Shown piece by piece: positions 36,431 through 46,006 of a stretch of DNA of 64,000 nt (its first letter is position 1; each line of letters opens with the position of its first letter). Below the pieces are notes generated by a model. It was not told the DNA's origin. It worked only from the letters and a program-made list of their open reading frames with translations, and did not search any database. This DNA comes from an uncultured virus (IMG/VR IMGVR_UViG_3300018065_000015) (lineage: Duplodnaviria; Heunggongvirae; Uroviricota; Caudoviricetes), in IMG/VR virus record IMGVR_UViG_3300018065_000015, positions 1 through 64,000 of that record; one strand, 5' to 3'. The position numbers and the translations under genes were made by a program.

Positions 36431-37009
36431 CTATTCTTCCTCTTGTTCTTCAGCAGGATACTCGTGCAACGGCATGACGGCAGTTGAACCGATCACCCGG
36501 TGCATGTTCGTCAGGTGGAAGTCGGACATGAATGCGCGCTCCACGTTGACGCCAAACGGTTCTAAATCCTCGCGGATCTTTTTGGTGAGCGAGTTGTTGA
36601 TGCTCCGGAACTTCCGGATCAACGTCTCGACGTCTTTACCGATAACGGATTCGACGACGCCCTCTTGTGCGCGATCACGGATCGTGACGTTGAAGTCGTA
36701 CGTGTGGGCCAGCGCCTTGACGATGTCGTCGATTGTGAAAACCACTGTCACTGATATTGTCAGTCCGATAGCTTCTTTGGTATCATGCGGCAGTGTTTGA
36801 GCTTCAAGATTGATCGTGTCACGGATAACGGGATGGACCACCGGTCGTTGGATGGGTGGCCAGTAGAGATGAAAGCCAGGGCCAATGGCCTTCACTCTGC
36901 CGAGCGTGAACATGACTCCCATCTGGGTCCTGTCGACGTGGAGCCCACGAGGGAAGATCCGAGATGCCCAACGCAGGAGGTCGCTCAGCCATCCAAGACC
37001 GATGTCCAT
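36431..37009 (-). CDS. SPFH/band-7 domain protein
   Basis: GV.FTLGRV..IGPGFHLYWPPIQ, LEAQTL, FGVNVE motifs. Confidence 0.85.
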   Translation of the reverse strand: MDIGLGWLSDLLRWASRIFPRGLHVDRTQMGVMFTLGRVKAIGPGFHLYWPPIQRPVVHPVIRDTINLEAQTLPHDTKEAIGLTISVTVVFTIDDIVKALAHTYDFNVTIRDRAQEGVVESVIGKDVETLIRKFRSINNSLTKKIREDLEPFGVNVERAFMSDFHLTNMHRVIGSTAVMPLHEYPAEEQEEE

Positions 37010-37010
37010 A

Positions 37011-37502
37011 TTACCCGTTCCGTATGCCAAGAGACTTCGAGAGTCTTTCCAATTTCCCGTAGAACTCGTCGAGCGTCCCGTAGTTCGGGATGACGATGTC
37101 TGCAACGTCTAGATCCATCTCGAGCGACGGATCGTTGGGGACGGCACGGCTGACCCAGACGATCAGGTCAAGCATGTCCCGTTCTAGCAATGCTTGCAGT
37201 TCTCCCGCCCGTCGGATTCCGTTGAGAATATCGCTGTCCTTCAGCATATCCTCGTACAGCGTGATCCCAAAGGGCTGATTGTACTCCCAGATCGCGTTTG
37301 CCCACCGTACCCGGTGATTATGGCGATCTTCCCAGCATTCCCGGACGGTTTTGTACCCCAGGGTCTTGCCGAATCGCTCAAAAATCATGGGTGCGGCAGC
37401 TTCGCTAGTACTGCCAGCATCTGTCAGAATCGTGTTCTCGGTGAGCCATTGCATGGCGGTGTCTTTGCCGCAGCGCCCTGGCCCACAAATGGCGATTTTC
37501 AT
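37011..37502 (-). CDS. Deoxynucleoside monophosphate kinase-like P-loop protein
   Basis: IAICGPGRCGKDT; C-terminal DIVIPNYGTL. Confidence 0.75.
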   Translation of the reverse strand: MKIAICGPGRCGKDTAMQWLTENTILTDAGSTSEAAAPMIFERFGKTLGYKTVRECWEDRHNHRVRWANAIWEYNQPFGITLYEDMLKDSDILNGIRRAGELQALLERDMLDLIVWVSRAVPNDPSLEMDLDVADIVIPNYGTLDEFYGKLERLSKSLGIRNG

Positions 37503-37816
37503 GAGTCGTTGTAAACCTTCTTCCCAGTGGCATCGATACGAAACGTCCGCGGATGGGCGCCGTAGAGCAGCATGGCGCGGCAGGCGATCGCTGCAACCTT
37601 ACGCAGCGCCCGCAACGTCTTCTCTTCGTCGGCACCGTGCACCCAGGCCTCCTCGGCCTTGCGCATGTAGACCCGCAACGTAGTAAGCTGTCCCACGACA
37701 CCGTGGTCCAGGCCGTCGCTGCGGTCGGTATCAGCGAATGAGTTTTGGTACTCAAGTTCGCTGTTGATAGCGTCGATCACGTCCTGCGAGAGCGCAGGAT
37801 TCTCAATGGTCATCAT
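37499..37816 (-). CDS. MazG-like helical protein
   Basis: E..YQ...LRKVAAIACRAM...G helical pattern within a nucleotide-metabolism operon. Confidence 0.5.
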   Translation of the reverse strand: MMTIENPALSQDVIDAINSELEYQNSFADTDRSDGLDHGVVGQLTTLRVYMRKAEEAWVHGADEEKTLRALRKVAAIACRAMLLYGAHPRTFRIDATGKKVYNDS

Positions 37817-38382
37817 TCTTCGAGCAGTCCTTCGTATTGTTCAATCACACAGTCCATCGGGTCGTCTCGACGTAGACGGAACCGATTCCAGCTTTTAGGG
37901 AAGACGATCTGCCGACCGCCACGCTCCCGGAACTTGGGTTCGTAGCCCTCGGAGTCATCGATGAGCAGGGCACCAGGGCGGGCCACGCTCTCCTTGCGTC
38001 CGGTGAAGATCACGTCGCTGTCGTCGATCTCCTGGCCGTAGACGCGTCGTAGCCATGTGAGCTTGCCTCGCACGGCGTAGCCAGAGTCAGCACCGCCGAA
38101 CTCTGGTTTGCAGATATTCCGGGTCAGGAACGTCACTGGCCCGATCTGGCGGCAGAAATGAAACAACTCTACCGCCCACGGTAGTACCTCGAGTTCGTCC
38201 CAGAAGTAGTGCTTCTGATCCACGATCGGTGTCCAGATCTCCGAGTCGGTCTTGCCGAGTACCGCCACGTCGTGCGTCTCAAGCGTGCCGATCAGGTCTG
38301 AACGCCCGTGAAGGCGCAGCACTGCCGGTAGGAAGTCCGCGAGGACATCGTCAACATCTAGGTAGACTTCGTCGAAACGCAT
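37813..38382 (-). CDS. HAD-family 5'(3')-deoxyribonucleotidase
   Basis: LDVDDVLADF, FLT, LLIDD, P..WN motifs. Confidence 0.85.
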   Translation of the reverse strand: MRFDEVYLDVDDVLADFLPAVLRLHGRSDLIGTLETHDVAVLGKTDSEIWTPIVDQKHYFWDELEVLPWAVELFHFCRQIGPVTFLTRNICKPEFGGADSGYAVRGKLTWLRRVYGQEIDDSDVIFTGRKESVARPGALLIDDSEGYEPKFRERGGRQIVFPKSWNRFRLRRDDPMDCVIEQYEGLLEE

Positions 38383-39494
38383 CAGCTCTTCGTGGGCTTG
38401 TCATCACAGAAAATTGGCATGGACATCGTCATGCCGTGTTCGTAGTCTATAACTATGAACGTCTGCGTGGGCGGCTGGGCTTTGAATCCGCCGCGTTTGG
38501 CGTACGGACTGATGCCGATCAGGCAGCCACACAGGACATAGTTCCAGTCACAGCCGTACTGGTGGAAGTGCCCCATCACGTCGAGCTCAGCGGGCGTCGC
38601 CGGCGGCTCGTTCCACTGCGCGATCTTCCGGCGCAGAGGCACGTGGACACCACCGATCCCGCCGCCGTACTTGATGGCGTGGCCGTGGTGGAATCGAACA
38701 GTGTGCCCTTGAACGGGCAAAATGTTGTGATACCCAGGCTCCAGTTTGCACTGGACCTTGTCGTCGTCGCGGAAGAAATTGGCGACGTTGTTGTAGATCA
38801 ACCACTCCCAAGAACTGCGGGGCTCAGTGGCGATGCGGCGATCCTTGGTGGAGCGCCCGTGATTGCCCAAGCTGGTCGTGAACAACACGTGGTCAGCTTT
38901 GGATTCCCGCTTAAGGAGGTCGATACCCTGGATCAGGTGGTTTTGCACTTCGATCGAGGCTTCGGCCGGGCCCTTACGGTTGCCCTCCATGAGCTCTTCA
39001 TGGATGTAACCAGTGATCATGTCACCGCCGGCCCATAAGACGACTTCGTTGATATTCGCAATCGAGCGAGCGAAGTCGAGAAGGTAGAGCGACTTTTGCC
39101 AGGTAGTAGCAATGCGCCGATTAGCAACACGCTCGTTGAACTCGTTGACCCCGTTAACCATTTTCGGGTCGACGACCTCTTCAAGGTGCCAATCGTTGAC
39201 ACAGATGATGGCGGACGCTTTGCCGCGTCCCTTGCGTTTACGACTCCGCTCCAGCTTTCGGAGCGTCGCCTGGTCCTGCGAGGCCAGGAGCCTTTCGCAG
39301 TTGTCCTCGGAGACCTGCAAGTCCGCCTCGGCCTGCTTGTACTTCTTCTCCGCGTCCTTTTTGGCCGCGTTGGCAGAAGCGAGCTTCCGTTCGAGTTTGC
39401 GGATTTCGCGGATCTTCTCGTCCTCGCTCATGTCAGCGAGGGTTTGCAGCTGCGCAAGCTTTTCGCGTGCTTCAGCCGTCTTCGAGCTAGCCAT
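38382..39494 (-). CDS. Calcineurin-like metallophosphoesterase with N-terminal coiled coil
   Basis: DWH, GGDM, GNHGR, HHGH, GHFH motifs. Confidence 0.85.
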   Translation of the reverse strand: MASSKTAEAREKLAQLQTLADMSEDEKIREIRKLERKLASANAAKKDAEKKYKQAEADLQVSEDNCERLLASQDQATLRKLERSRKRKGRGKASAIICVNDWHLEEVVDPKMVNGVNEFNERVANRRIATTWQKSLYLLDFARSIANINEVVLWAGGDMITGYIHEELMEGNRKGPAEASIEVQNHLIQGIDLLKRESKADHVLFTTSLGNHGRSTKDRRIATEPRSSWEWLIYNNVANFFRDDDKVQCKLEPGYHNILPVQGHTVRFHHGHAIKYGGGIGGVHVPLRRKIAQWNEPPATPAELDVMGHFHQYGCDWNYVLCGCLIGISPYAKRGGFKAQPPTQTFIVIDYEHGMTMSMPIFCDDKPTKS

Positions 39495-39545
39495 TGATTG
39501 TCCTCGTGTTGAAGATGCATCTGTTACGACTTGCGATATCATGTG

Positions 39546-39575
39546 AGTCTACCAGATCTGTCGATCGTGTGTCAA
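39546..39575 (-). promoter_or_regulatory. Sigma70-like promoter of the minus-strand operon
   Basis: TTGACA-18 nt-TAGACT with TG extension on the minus strand. Confidence 0.55.
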
Positions 39576-39639
39576 GTGTCTTACCTGAAAAAATCTGACA
39601 ATTTTGCTTGCAATGCAAGCACCCCCAAGGAGAGCTACC

Positions 39640-39975
39640 ATGCACCATATTCCAGTGGATCATTGTCCGGACGTGGAGTTGACGAAACTCCCGAACGAGA
39701 AGGTGGTCACATTCGACGGGCATGAGTTGAAGCTGGGGTCAGTCATCTACTTTCGCTTCTGTCCGCGCGAGGCGGCGTCCGAATACGTCGTAGTCTCAGA
39801 TCGCGCGATTCGTGGCAGAGGCACTACAAAAATAATGGTGGTAGGCAGCCGTGGCATCGCAGCGGCTATGGACGCCACCGAATTCGTTAGAGACAAAAAG
39901 ATTTGGTGGGACTGGTACCAGCAGAGGTACAAGCCCGCCGGGAGACGAACCAATGGCGAAACAGCCAGAGACTGA
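39640..39975 (+). CDS. Hypothetical protein
   Basis: AAGGAG RBS. Confidence 0.55.
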   Translation: MHHIPVDHCPDVELTKLPNEKVVTFDGHELKLGSVIYFRFCPREAASEYVVVSDRAIRGRGTTKIMVVGSRGIAAAMDATEFVRDKKIWWDWYQQRYKPAGRRTNGETARD

Positions 39976-40588
39976 TCTCGTTCCCACTGACCTCGTCACT
40001 GTCACCATGGATATGGACAAGGACGACGTCGCGGCCATTTTGATGTCCCGCGCTGAAGAGCGCATCAAGCTGGCCATTAAAGCTTGTCAGGACCGTGAAA
40101 AGGTTCTGACGAAGGAGCACGACGAGCTGCGCGAAGCCTTCAACGACCTCTGCGAAGAGTTCGCAAAGGAGAAGATGGAGGACACCGTCGAGACCCTCAC
40201 CGAAGCGGCCACTGCGCTGAAGTGCAAGAATATCAGCACGGAAGTGTACTCGGGCGGATTCACGCTCCACAACAACATGGTCGCGGCAAGCATGAGCCTC
40301 AACGCCCAAAAGCCGCGTGTGCGCTGGGAGGTGAGTACGTCCTTCAAGGCCACGGCTGCGCTGAAGAAGGCCTACCAGACCGGCGAGAAGAAGCGCAAGG
40401 AGATCGACGACAACAAGAAGCAGTGGATCGAATGGCGGCGCAAGCTGGCCGATCTGCCGTCGATGGAACGCCGTGCCAAGGCGGCCGTCGCCGAGTCCCG
40501 GCTCAAGTCCACGAAAGAGGGCCAAAAGCTGGTCGACATGCTCAACGGCGATCTCGACAACTCCGTGAAGCTGCTCGGCATCTGTTGA
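39953..40588 (+). CDS. Hypothetical coiled-coil protein
   Basis: GGAG RBS; strong codon bias. Confidence 0.75.
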   Translation: MAKQPETDLVPTDLVTVTMDMDKDDVAAILMSRAEERIKLAIKACQDREKVLTKEHDELREAFNDLCEEFAKEKMEDTVETLTEAATALKCKNISTEVYSGGFTLHNNMVAASMSLNAQKPRVRWEVSTSFKATAALKKAYQTGEKKRKEIDDNKKQWIEWRRKLADLPSMERRAKAAVAESRLKSTKEGQKLVDMLNGDLDNSVKLLGIC

Positions 40589-40595
40589 TATTGCA

Positions 40596-41741
40596 ATGCC
40601 TGCCAGTGGTGATCTAAAACTGCTTGGATTCTGGCGACAGCCGGACGCCACGCGGTGGAAACCATTTTCTGAAGATCAAGAGAGCGTAACGCTCAACGCG
40701 CCGATCGATGACGTGGTGTTTGGCGAGACTCGGGAAGATTGTCTTGCCCAGATTCACGCCAAATACCCGGCATCGGATCCCAATATGTCGCTCGTGGAGT
40801 ATCGCTGGCAAACGCATCCGCGTCACCAGTCAATCAGCGGCGACCCGTCTACGAATTGGGATAAGGACGACTCCATCGACGTGAGCGAGACGGAGCGCTA
40901 CTGCGGAGCCGATCCGTGGGAAGCTCTTGCGCTTGCTAAGAAACTCGGCACGATTGAAACTCGCAATCTGACTACGGAAGGCTACTGCTACGACGGGCCG
41001 AAGTGGGAGGAGGAGGGTTGTATTGTGACGAGTGTCGGTTGGTACACCGGCATTAAGAAGATCAAGTATGATCCCAAAGGCCTGCTACGTGCGAAGAAAG
41101 CCGCAGCGACACGCCAAAAGACGGGGGCCGTCCTCGTTAGCGACGTGGCTTCGGCGATCTGGCAGCTTGCGATGCAACTCAACGATGTTGTACGCATCCG
41201 CGGCGTCGGCAGCGATTGGAATAGCCGCTACTCCTGCTGCATCTGCGCATTAGAGACGATCAAGTGGTTCAACGCCGTCTTCGGCAAGAACGCACATCGT
41301 CGCAACAAGCACTTCCGCGAACTCAAAAAGAAGTGGAAGGAGCGTGCAGAGGCGTCGCGCAAAGCGTGGTATCGTGACGCGCAGGTCGAATACAATGACA
41401 ACGATCCGCGGGCCGTCTTCGCCAACTTCATGGCCGAAGAGATCAAGGTCCGTAACTCGCCCGTACTGACCGAAAAGGAGTGGCGAAAACGCGGCGAACG
41501 TTGGAAGCCCCCGCCGGGCACGTTCAAGGCGTTCGGCCACAAAGCCTATGCCAAACAAAGGGCGCGCGACGAAAAAGCGCAAGCCAAAAAAGAAGCCGAA
41601 GCCAAAAAAGCCGCCGCCAAAAAGAAAGCCAAAGTCGGTGGCAAAAAAGGCAAAGGCAACGCCAAAGCCAAAAGGCCGACCAAAAAGAAAGCCCCCGCAA
41701 AGAAGCGGCCGTCCCGACGTAAGTCCAAAGCTGCGCGCTGA
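40596..41741 (+). CDS. Hypothetical protein with K/A-rich histone-like C-terminal tail
   Basis: 381-aa ORF ending KKAAAKKKAK...KKAPAKKRPSRRKSKAAR. Confidence 0.7.
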   Translation: MPASGDLKLLGFWRQPDATRWKPFSEDQESVTLNAPIDDVVFGETREDCLAQIHAKYPASDPNMSLVEYRWQTHPRHQSISGDPSTNWDKDDSIDVSETERYCGADPWEALALAKKLGTIETRNLTTEGYCYDGPKWEEEGCIVTSVGWYTGIKKIKYDPKGLLRAKKAAATRQKTGAVLVSDVASAIWQLAMQLNDVVRIRGVGSDWNSRYSCCICALETIKWFNAVFGKNAHRRNKHFRELKKKWKERAEASRKAWYRDAQVEYNDNDPRAVFANFMAEEIKVRNSPVLTEKEWRKRGERWKPPPGTFKAFGHKAYAKQRARDEKAQAKKEAEAKKAAAKKKAKVGGKKGKGNAKAKRPTKKKAPAKKRPSRRKSKAAR

Positions 41742-41971
41742 GATCATTCGACTCGGCACGCTGTTCATGAAGGAGGCCAAAAACTTCAAGGCGGCATTCA
41801 AACGTCCCTTACACGACTTCTGGATCAACAATGTACGCGGCTTCGACATCCAGCGCTTCTGCGACGAGATGCTCGAGGCGTGCCACGGGAGTTTGGTCAA
41901 AGCCGTGCGTGCTGAATACGGGGACGAAAAGGCGGCATTAATCAAACGACTGGTGCCTAGTGGTTCCAGCG

Positions 41972-42844
41972 TCATGTGGCCACAAGCCACATAACTTCTG
42001 AAGACCAGGCTGCTCCCAGGTGTGTGCGACACCACCGTCGCAGTGCGTCACCGTCACGGCCCTCTGAGAACTTCCGATAGTACGCTATCGGGTCCATAAA
42101 GAGCTGACTGACGGGTTTTGCCTCGGCAAATAGTGTCATCATCCTGGACCAATTGAACGCGAAGGCATGGCGCAGCTGGGTGTCGTTGTAGGACACGCGG
42201 CCCGCCTGAATCTCTTGTTGTACATGACAGACAATCGCCAGTGCGTTGATTGCTGACTCTGCTGTGAAAAGCAGGTCGCCAGCACCGTCGCCGATGGAAC
42301 CACCATTCTTCGCCATCCACACGTTATGCGTCGCGCCGTTCAGGTAAGCGACCCACTCGTCTAGGATGTAGAGGGGGATCTGATTCCATTGGCGAGTTCT
42401 GCCGATCATGTACTGCGCGTACATTCGCGATCTGAGTCCGGTTGGGACATACCGGGCAGCATCCCTGATAGTGCAGGGCCGCGGCTCTTCGATGAGCGCG
42501 GTCCTGCCGTTCAAACAATAGAGTGCGTTTTCCACACCCGTGCCGGCACCATGCTCGTTCCTCATGAGCGAGTTCACACCATGGGTCGCTTCATGCGCCC
42601 ACGTGCCCAGATCTGAGTCACGGTAAGTCGCGGAGCTTGTCAGGCCCGTTGCGGGCAGCCGCGAATCAATGTCCGCCAATACCTGCCCCAACCGTGTGTC
42701 GTCTACCGCTCTGACAACCGGCGCGTAGGTCCACAGCGGTTCACGGGCAGCCTCATTGGAGCGATCGTCGCCGGCAGCGTACATTGGTCCCGCCAGTACG
42801 CTGCCGGCTGACGCCGCTATGAATGCCCGTCGTGATAGTTTCAT
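41972..42844 (-). CDS. Tat-exported putative zinc metallopeptidase
   Basis: MKLSRRAFIAASAG Tat signal; WAHEATHG (HExxH) and downstream LDEW. Confidence 0.7.
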   Translation of the reverse strand: MKLSRRAFIAASAGSVLAGPMYAAGDDRSNEAAREPLWTYAPVVRAVDDTRLGQVLADIDSRLPATGLTSSATYRDSDLGTWAHEATHGVNSLMRNEHGAGTGVENALYCLNGRTALIEEPRPCTIRDAARYVPTGLRSRMYAQYMIGRTRQWNQIPLYILDEWVAYLNGATHNVWMAKNGGSIGDGAGDLLFTAESAINALAIVCHVQQEIQAGRVSYNDTQLRHAFAFNWSRMMTLFAEAKPVSQLFMDPIAYYRKFSEGRDGDALRRWCRTHLGAAWSSEVMWLVAT

Positions 42845-42894
42845 GGCGTCAAATATACCGTTCTTTCGGGATCCGGGGAGGACCAATTTTGTTA

Positions 42895-43665
42895 ATGGAA
42901 ACAAAATGTGCGCATGCGCAGCAGGACTGGGCGACAGCCTTACTGCAGCGACACGGCAAACTGATGGAAGTCGAGGAGATGGAGGCCCTCATTAAGAGGG
43001 GTAAGGCAGGGGACGACGACGCGCGGAACCGCGGGATTGCTGGTTGCTACAGGCTGGCCTTTCAACAGGCCTGGCGCGCAGCGTACAACGATCCCCACTT
43101 CTCCGTCGACGATCTCTTCCAGGAGGCCGTGATCGGCCTCATGAAGGCAGTCGAGCGCTGGCGACCAGAAACGGGCAACCGATTCGTAACCGCTGCTTGG
43201 TTCTCGATCCATGCCGCAATCTCATGGTACAAAAAGTGCCATAGGCGCCTCGTATACTACCCGCCCCGCTGGGACGAAAAGGGTGTCAAGCGGCCGGACT
43301 GGACTAAAGACTGTCCGGAGCTGTTTGCAGACTACGTGTCGTTGCATAAACGCGTGGGCACGGGCAATAGGCGAAATCCCGGGATATTCGTGTACGAGAT
43401 GATTGAAGACGAGACGCTGCGCGACTTCGTTGCCGACGTCGAGAGCGAGGACCAAGCCGATATGGTCTACGAGGCGTTCGAGAAGTTGACGGAGCGTGAA
43501 GTCGACATACTGCGGCGTCGCTATCTCGGCGACAAGCTTTGGGAGATCGGTAAAGTTTACGGAATCACCCGCGAACGTGTTCGGCAGTTGATCATCAAAG
43601 CCGAAAATATCATCCACAATCACGTCTTGAAAGAGCAAATCGATGGAGACGCTGGTACTGCTTAA
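42895..43665 (+). CDS. RNA polymerase sigma-70 family factor
   Basis: Region 2 DDLFQEAVIGLMKAVERW...RFVT; region 4 LTEREVDIL...EIGKVYGITRERVRQL. Confidence 0.9.
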   Translation: METKCAHAQQDWATALLQRHGKLMEVEEMEALIKRGKAGDDDARNRGIAGCYRLAFQQAWRAAYNDPHFSVDDLFQEAVIGLMKAVERWRPETGNRFVTAAWFSIHAAISWYKKCHRRLVYYPPRWDEKGVKRPDWTKDCPELFADYVSLHKRVGTGNRRNPGIFVYEMIEDETLRDFVADVESEDQADMVYEAFEKLTEREVDILRRRYLGDKLWEIGKVYGITRERVRQLIIKAENIIHNHVLKEQIDGDAGTA

Positions 43666-44068
43666 ACCCGATACGCTCAAACGGGGCCTGGTGGGGCGCG
43701 TCCTCACCAGGCTCGAGGATCGGGGCATCCGCTTCCTGCGGGTGAAAGAGTTGATCATGCTCCCCCGCCACTGCGAGGAGTTGTACGCAAAATTCAAGGG
43801 CGAGCCCTACCTGCCTCGCATCCAAGAATTTATGACCAGCGGCCCGATCGAGGCCCGTGTGGCGCACGCGCCGCACGCGCCCGACGACACGATCACGATC
43901 GTACGGTCTGCTGTTGGCAGCTTCACGGCACCCGCTGCAGGCACCATCCGTGGTGACTTCGGCGCTGTCCGCGAAAAGAACCTGATACACGCCAGCGACT
44001 CGCCAAGTGCGGCCAAAGTCGAAATCGAGATATTCTTCCCGGGGTTCCCTGGAGATGTCGGCGACTAG
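43643..44068 (+). CDS. ndk: Nucleoside diphosphate kinase
   Basis: TLVLLKPD, GTIRGDF, NLIHASDS catalytic His motif. Confidence 0.95.
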   Translation: METLVLLKPDTLKRGLVGRVLTRLEDRGIRFLRVKELIMLPRHCEELYAKFKGEPYLPRIQEFMTSGPIEARVAHAPHAPDDTITIVRSAVGSFTAPAAGTIRGDFGAVREKNLIHASDSPSAAKVEIEIFFPGFPGDVGD

Positions 44069-44435
44069 GGCCTGGCGAATGCTGCGCGACCGCGACGGAC
44101 TCCCTGCAACGCTGTTCCACGGCGTACGGGGAAGCCGGCTTCTGCACCTCGACCTTTGGTACAGGGCGGAAGAGAAGATTGCGTGGGACGGTGACAAACG
44201 GAAAGCGACGCACTACACGTCGGGATTCCACGTCATGCCCACCTACGAGGACATACTGCGCTTCTCGAACCGGTTCCGAAACATCGATGACCTTGTGATC
44301 TGCGAGGTTGATGTAAAAGGGAAGCTTCGGAAGAAGAAGCACAGTCCTTCTAACATACTGCTCGCTCCCTGGATGCGTATCCTGGATGATCAGTGGGCAA
44401 ACCGATTACTACTACCTGAAGTGAGGGCAAACTGA
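44055..44435 (+). CDS. Hypothetical phage protein
   Basis: GGAG RBS; TLFHG...Y.SGFH motif. Confidence 0.6.
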   Translation: MSATRAWRMLRDRDGLPATLFHGVRGSRLLHLDLWYRAEEKIAWDGDKRKATHYTSGFHVMPTYEDILRFSNRFRNIDDLVICEVDVKGKLRKKKHSPSNILLAPWMRILDDQWANRLLLPEVRAN

Positions 44436-44831
44436 ATGGCAATTTTTGGGTACATCCTCATCGGCTTCGTCGTCGGCATTTCTATGGGCTGGATGGGCGG
44501 CTTCGCCTTCGGCCAGATTAGCGAGAATGAGAAGCTCCAACGGCTTGCCGTGAAGCTGAAGCTCGCACGATGGGAGACCAACCACACTACCGGGAAGCCG
44601 TACTTCGTGTGGTACACCATCCACGGCATCATGACGATGCAGCAGGCAGCGCAGTCGAAGAGCACCTTCGCATACCCGCAGTTTTCGTGGGGGCTGCCTG
44701 CGGCTGTGTTTGGCGACGTGCCTGATCATGACGAATCGACGTATACCGGTGATTTGATCGACGGCGACGAACCCTTCGACCCGATGGAAGACGAGGAGGA
44801 GTTAGAGGATGAAACCGCAGACACGACGTGA
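44436..44831 (+). CDS. Membrane-anchored hypothetical protein
   Basis: N-terminal TM helix. Confidence 0.6.
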   Translation: MAIFGYILIGFVVGISMGWMGGFAFGQISENEKLQRLAVKLKLARWETNHTTGKPYFVWYTIHGIMTMQQAAQSKSTFAYPQFSWGLPAAVFGDVPDHDESTYTGDLIDGDEPFDPMEDEEELEDETADTT

Positions 44832-45318
44832 CTTGCTCACCGTGCTGATCTTCGCACTCATGCTTGCCGGCGTGATACTGGTCCTTGGAGCAGTCATGTG
44901 CACGCAATCGGACGGCGCTGAGCCGACCAGCAAAGCGAGCGCTATCATGCTTGAGCCTGAAGTGTGGTTCTCGGACGTACTGCTGCCCGAGGAATACAAA
45001 ATTTCGCCTGGCCACTATGACGGCCAGGAGAAGCGATACCTGACGTGGGCCGAGGCGATGCGAAAGCGCGCGGCCGATCGACAGGCCTTTCTGAACTTCA
45101 TACCCAGCGAGCAGCATCGCTATCGCCTGAACCTGTTCAAGATGGTCGAGGCGTACGAGCAGCTGCCCGATGGGGCGGACAAGGAACGCATGTTCCGCAT
45201 CTGCCTACTTGAGTTCATGTTCGTAACCAACCGACTCGATCTCGATCGAGTGGAGCTTTACCCCAAAGATATGCCTGGAACCGCACGCCGGGCACTGCGC
45301 GACTTCCAACCGAAGTGA
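44809..45318 (+). CDS. Membrane-anchored or secreted hypothetical protein
   Basis: N-terminal TRRDLL followed by a hydrophobic helix. Confidence 0.65.
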   Translation: MKPQTRRDLLTVLIFALMLAGVILVLGAVMCTQSDGAEPTSKASAIMLEPEVWFSDVLLPEEYKISPGHYDGQEKRYLTWAEAMRKRAADRQAFLNFIPSEQHRYRLNLFKMVEAYEQLPDGADKERMFRICLLEFMFVTNRLDLDRVELYPKDMPGTARRALRDFQPK

Positions 45319-45414
45319 CAGCACTTCGCGGGGTCGAAGTTGCGTCAGCCAGCCACCGAGTGTGGCCTGTGCCAAAAGCCCACTCGGTAGGCTGGTCTTA
45401 TACAAGGAGCCGCC

Positions 45415-45753
45415 ATGGACCGCATGATGACGATCAGCGAGGAAGAACGGGCGATCATCGAAGCGTGTATCGCCGACTGCATCGATGCAGTGACAAAACA
45501 ACGTATGCTCTGCATGCGTGAAGACCGCTTGGCTCGTAAAGAACAGCTGCAGCTGAATGAGGAGTATCGTAAGCTGTCTCCTGCGGACCGTCGACAGACG
45601 GGAAGCGAACTGTTGCAGTTGGAGGTCCGAATGGAGGAACTCATAACTCGGTTCGACCCAGATGACTGGGAACCGACACCTGACATTGAGGAACTCTGTT
45701 TGGATGGACCACGTGACACCTCGTCGACCGAAACGAAATTTTCTTCCGGATGA
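45415..45753 (+). CDS. Hypothetical protein
   Basis: AAGGAG RBS. Confidence 0.6.
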   Translation: MDRMMTISEEERAIIEACIADCIDAVTKQRMLCMREDRLARKEQLQLNEEYRKLSPADRRQTGSELLQLEVRMEELITRFDPDDWEPTPDIEELCLDGPRDTSSTETKFSSG

Positions 45754-45754
45754 A

Positions 45755-45872
45755 GGAGTTAGTTCCTTCCGAAGGAAGGTACTGACTCCATTGCATTGCC
45801 TTCCGTAAGGAAGGTAATGTAATAAACGACTAAAGTTGGTCCAGAGGGCCAAAGGCACTTTAGTCGTTTATT
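45755..45872. repeat. Three abutting inverted repeats
   Basis: Two hairpins share the core CCTTCCG(A/TA)AGGAAGGTA; the third has a perfect 16-bp arm AATAAACGACTAAAGT/ACTTTAGTCGTTTATT. Confidence 0.75.
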
Positions 45873-45921
45873 ATAAGGCGGGGTATGGATGTGCTCCCTC
45901 TGCTGAGGGACCCGTCCAATT

Positions 45922-45937
45922 TTATTCACGTGAATAA
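45922..45937. promoter_or_regulatory. Perfect palindrome TTATTCACGTGAATAA, copy 4
   Basis: Perfect 16-bp palindrome in an intergenic region. Confidence 0.65.
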
Positions 45938-46006
45938 GAAGCGTTCCCAGGGGGCGGTATGTGGCCGCCCCCATAAGTGTTGTTCTTTCCCAGAAGGAGG
46001 CCTCAT

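Noticed and set aside
41572..41720. A-rich repeat-like DNA
   Set aside because: Explained by the Lys/Ala-rich protein tail.
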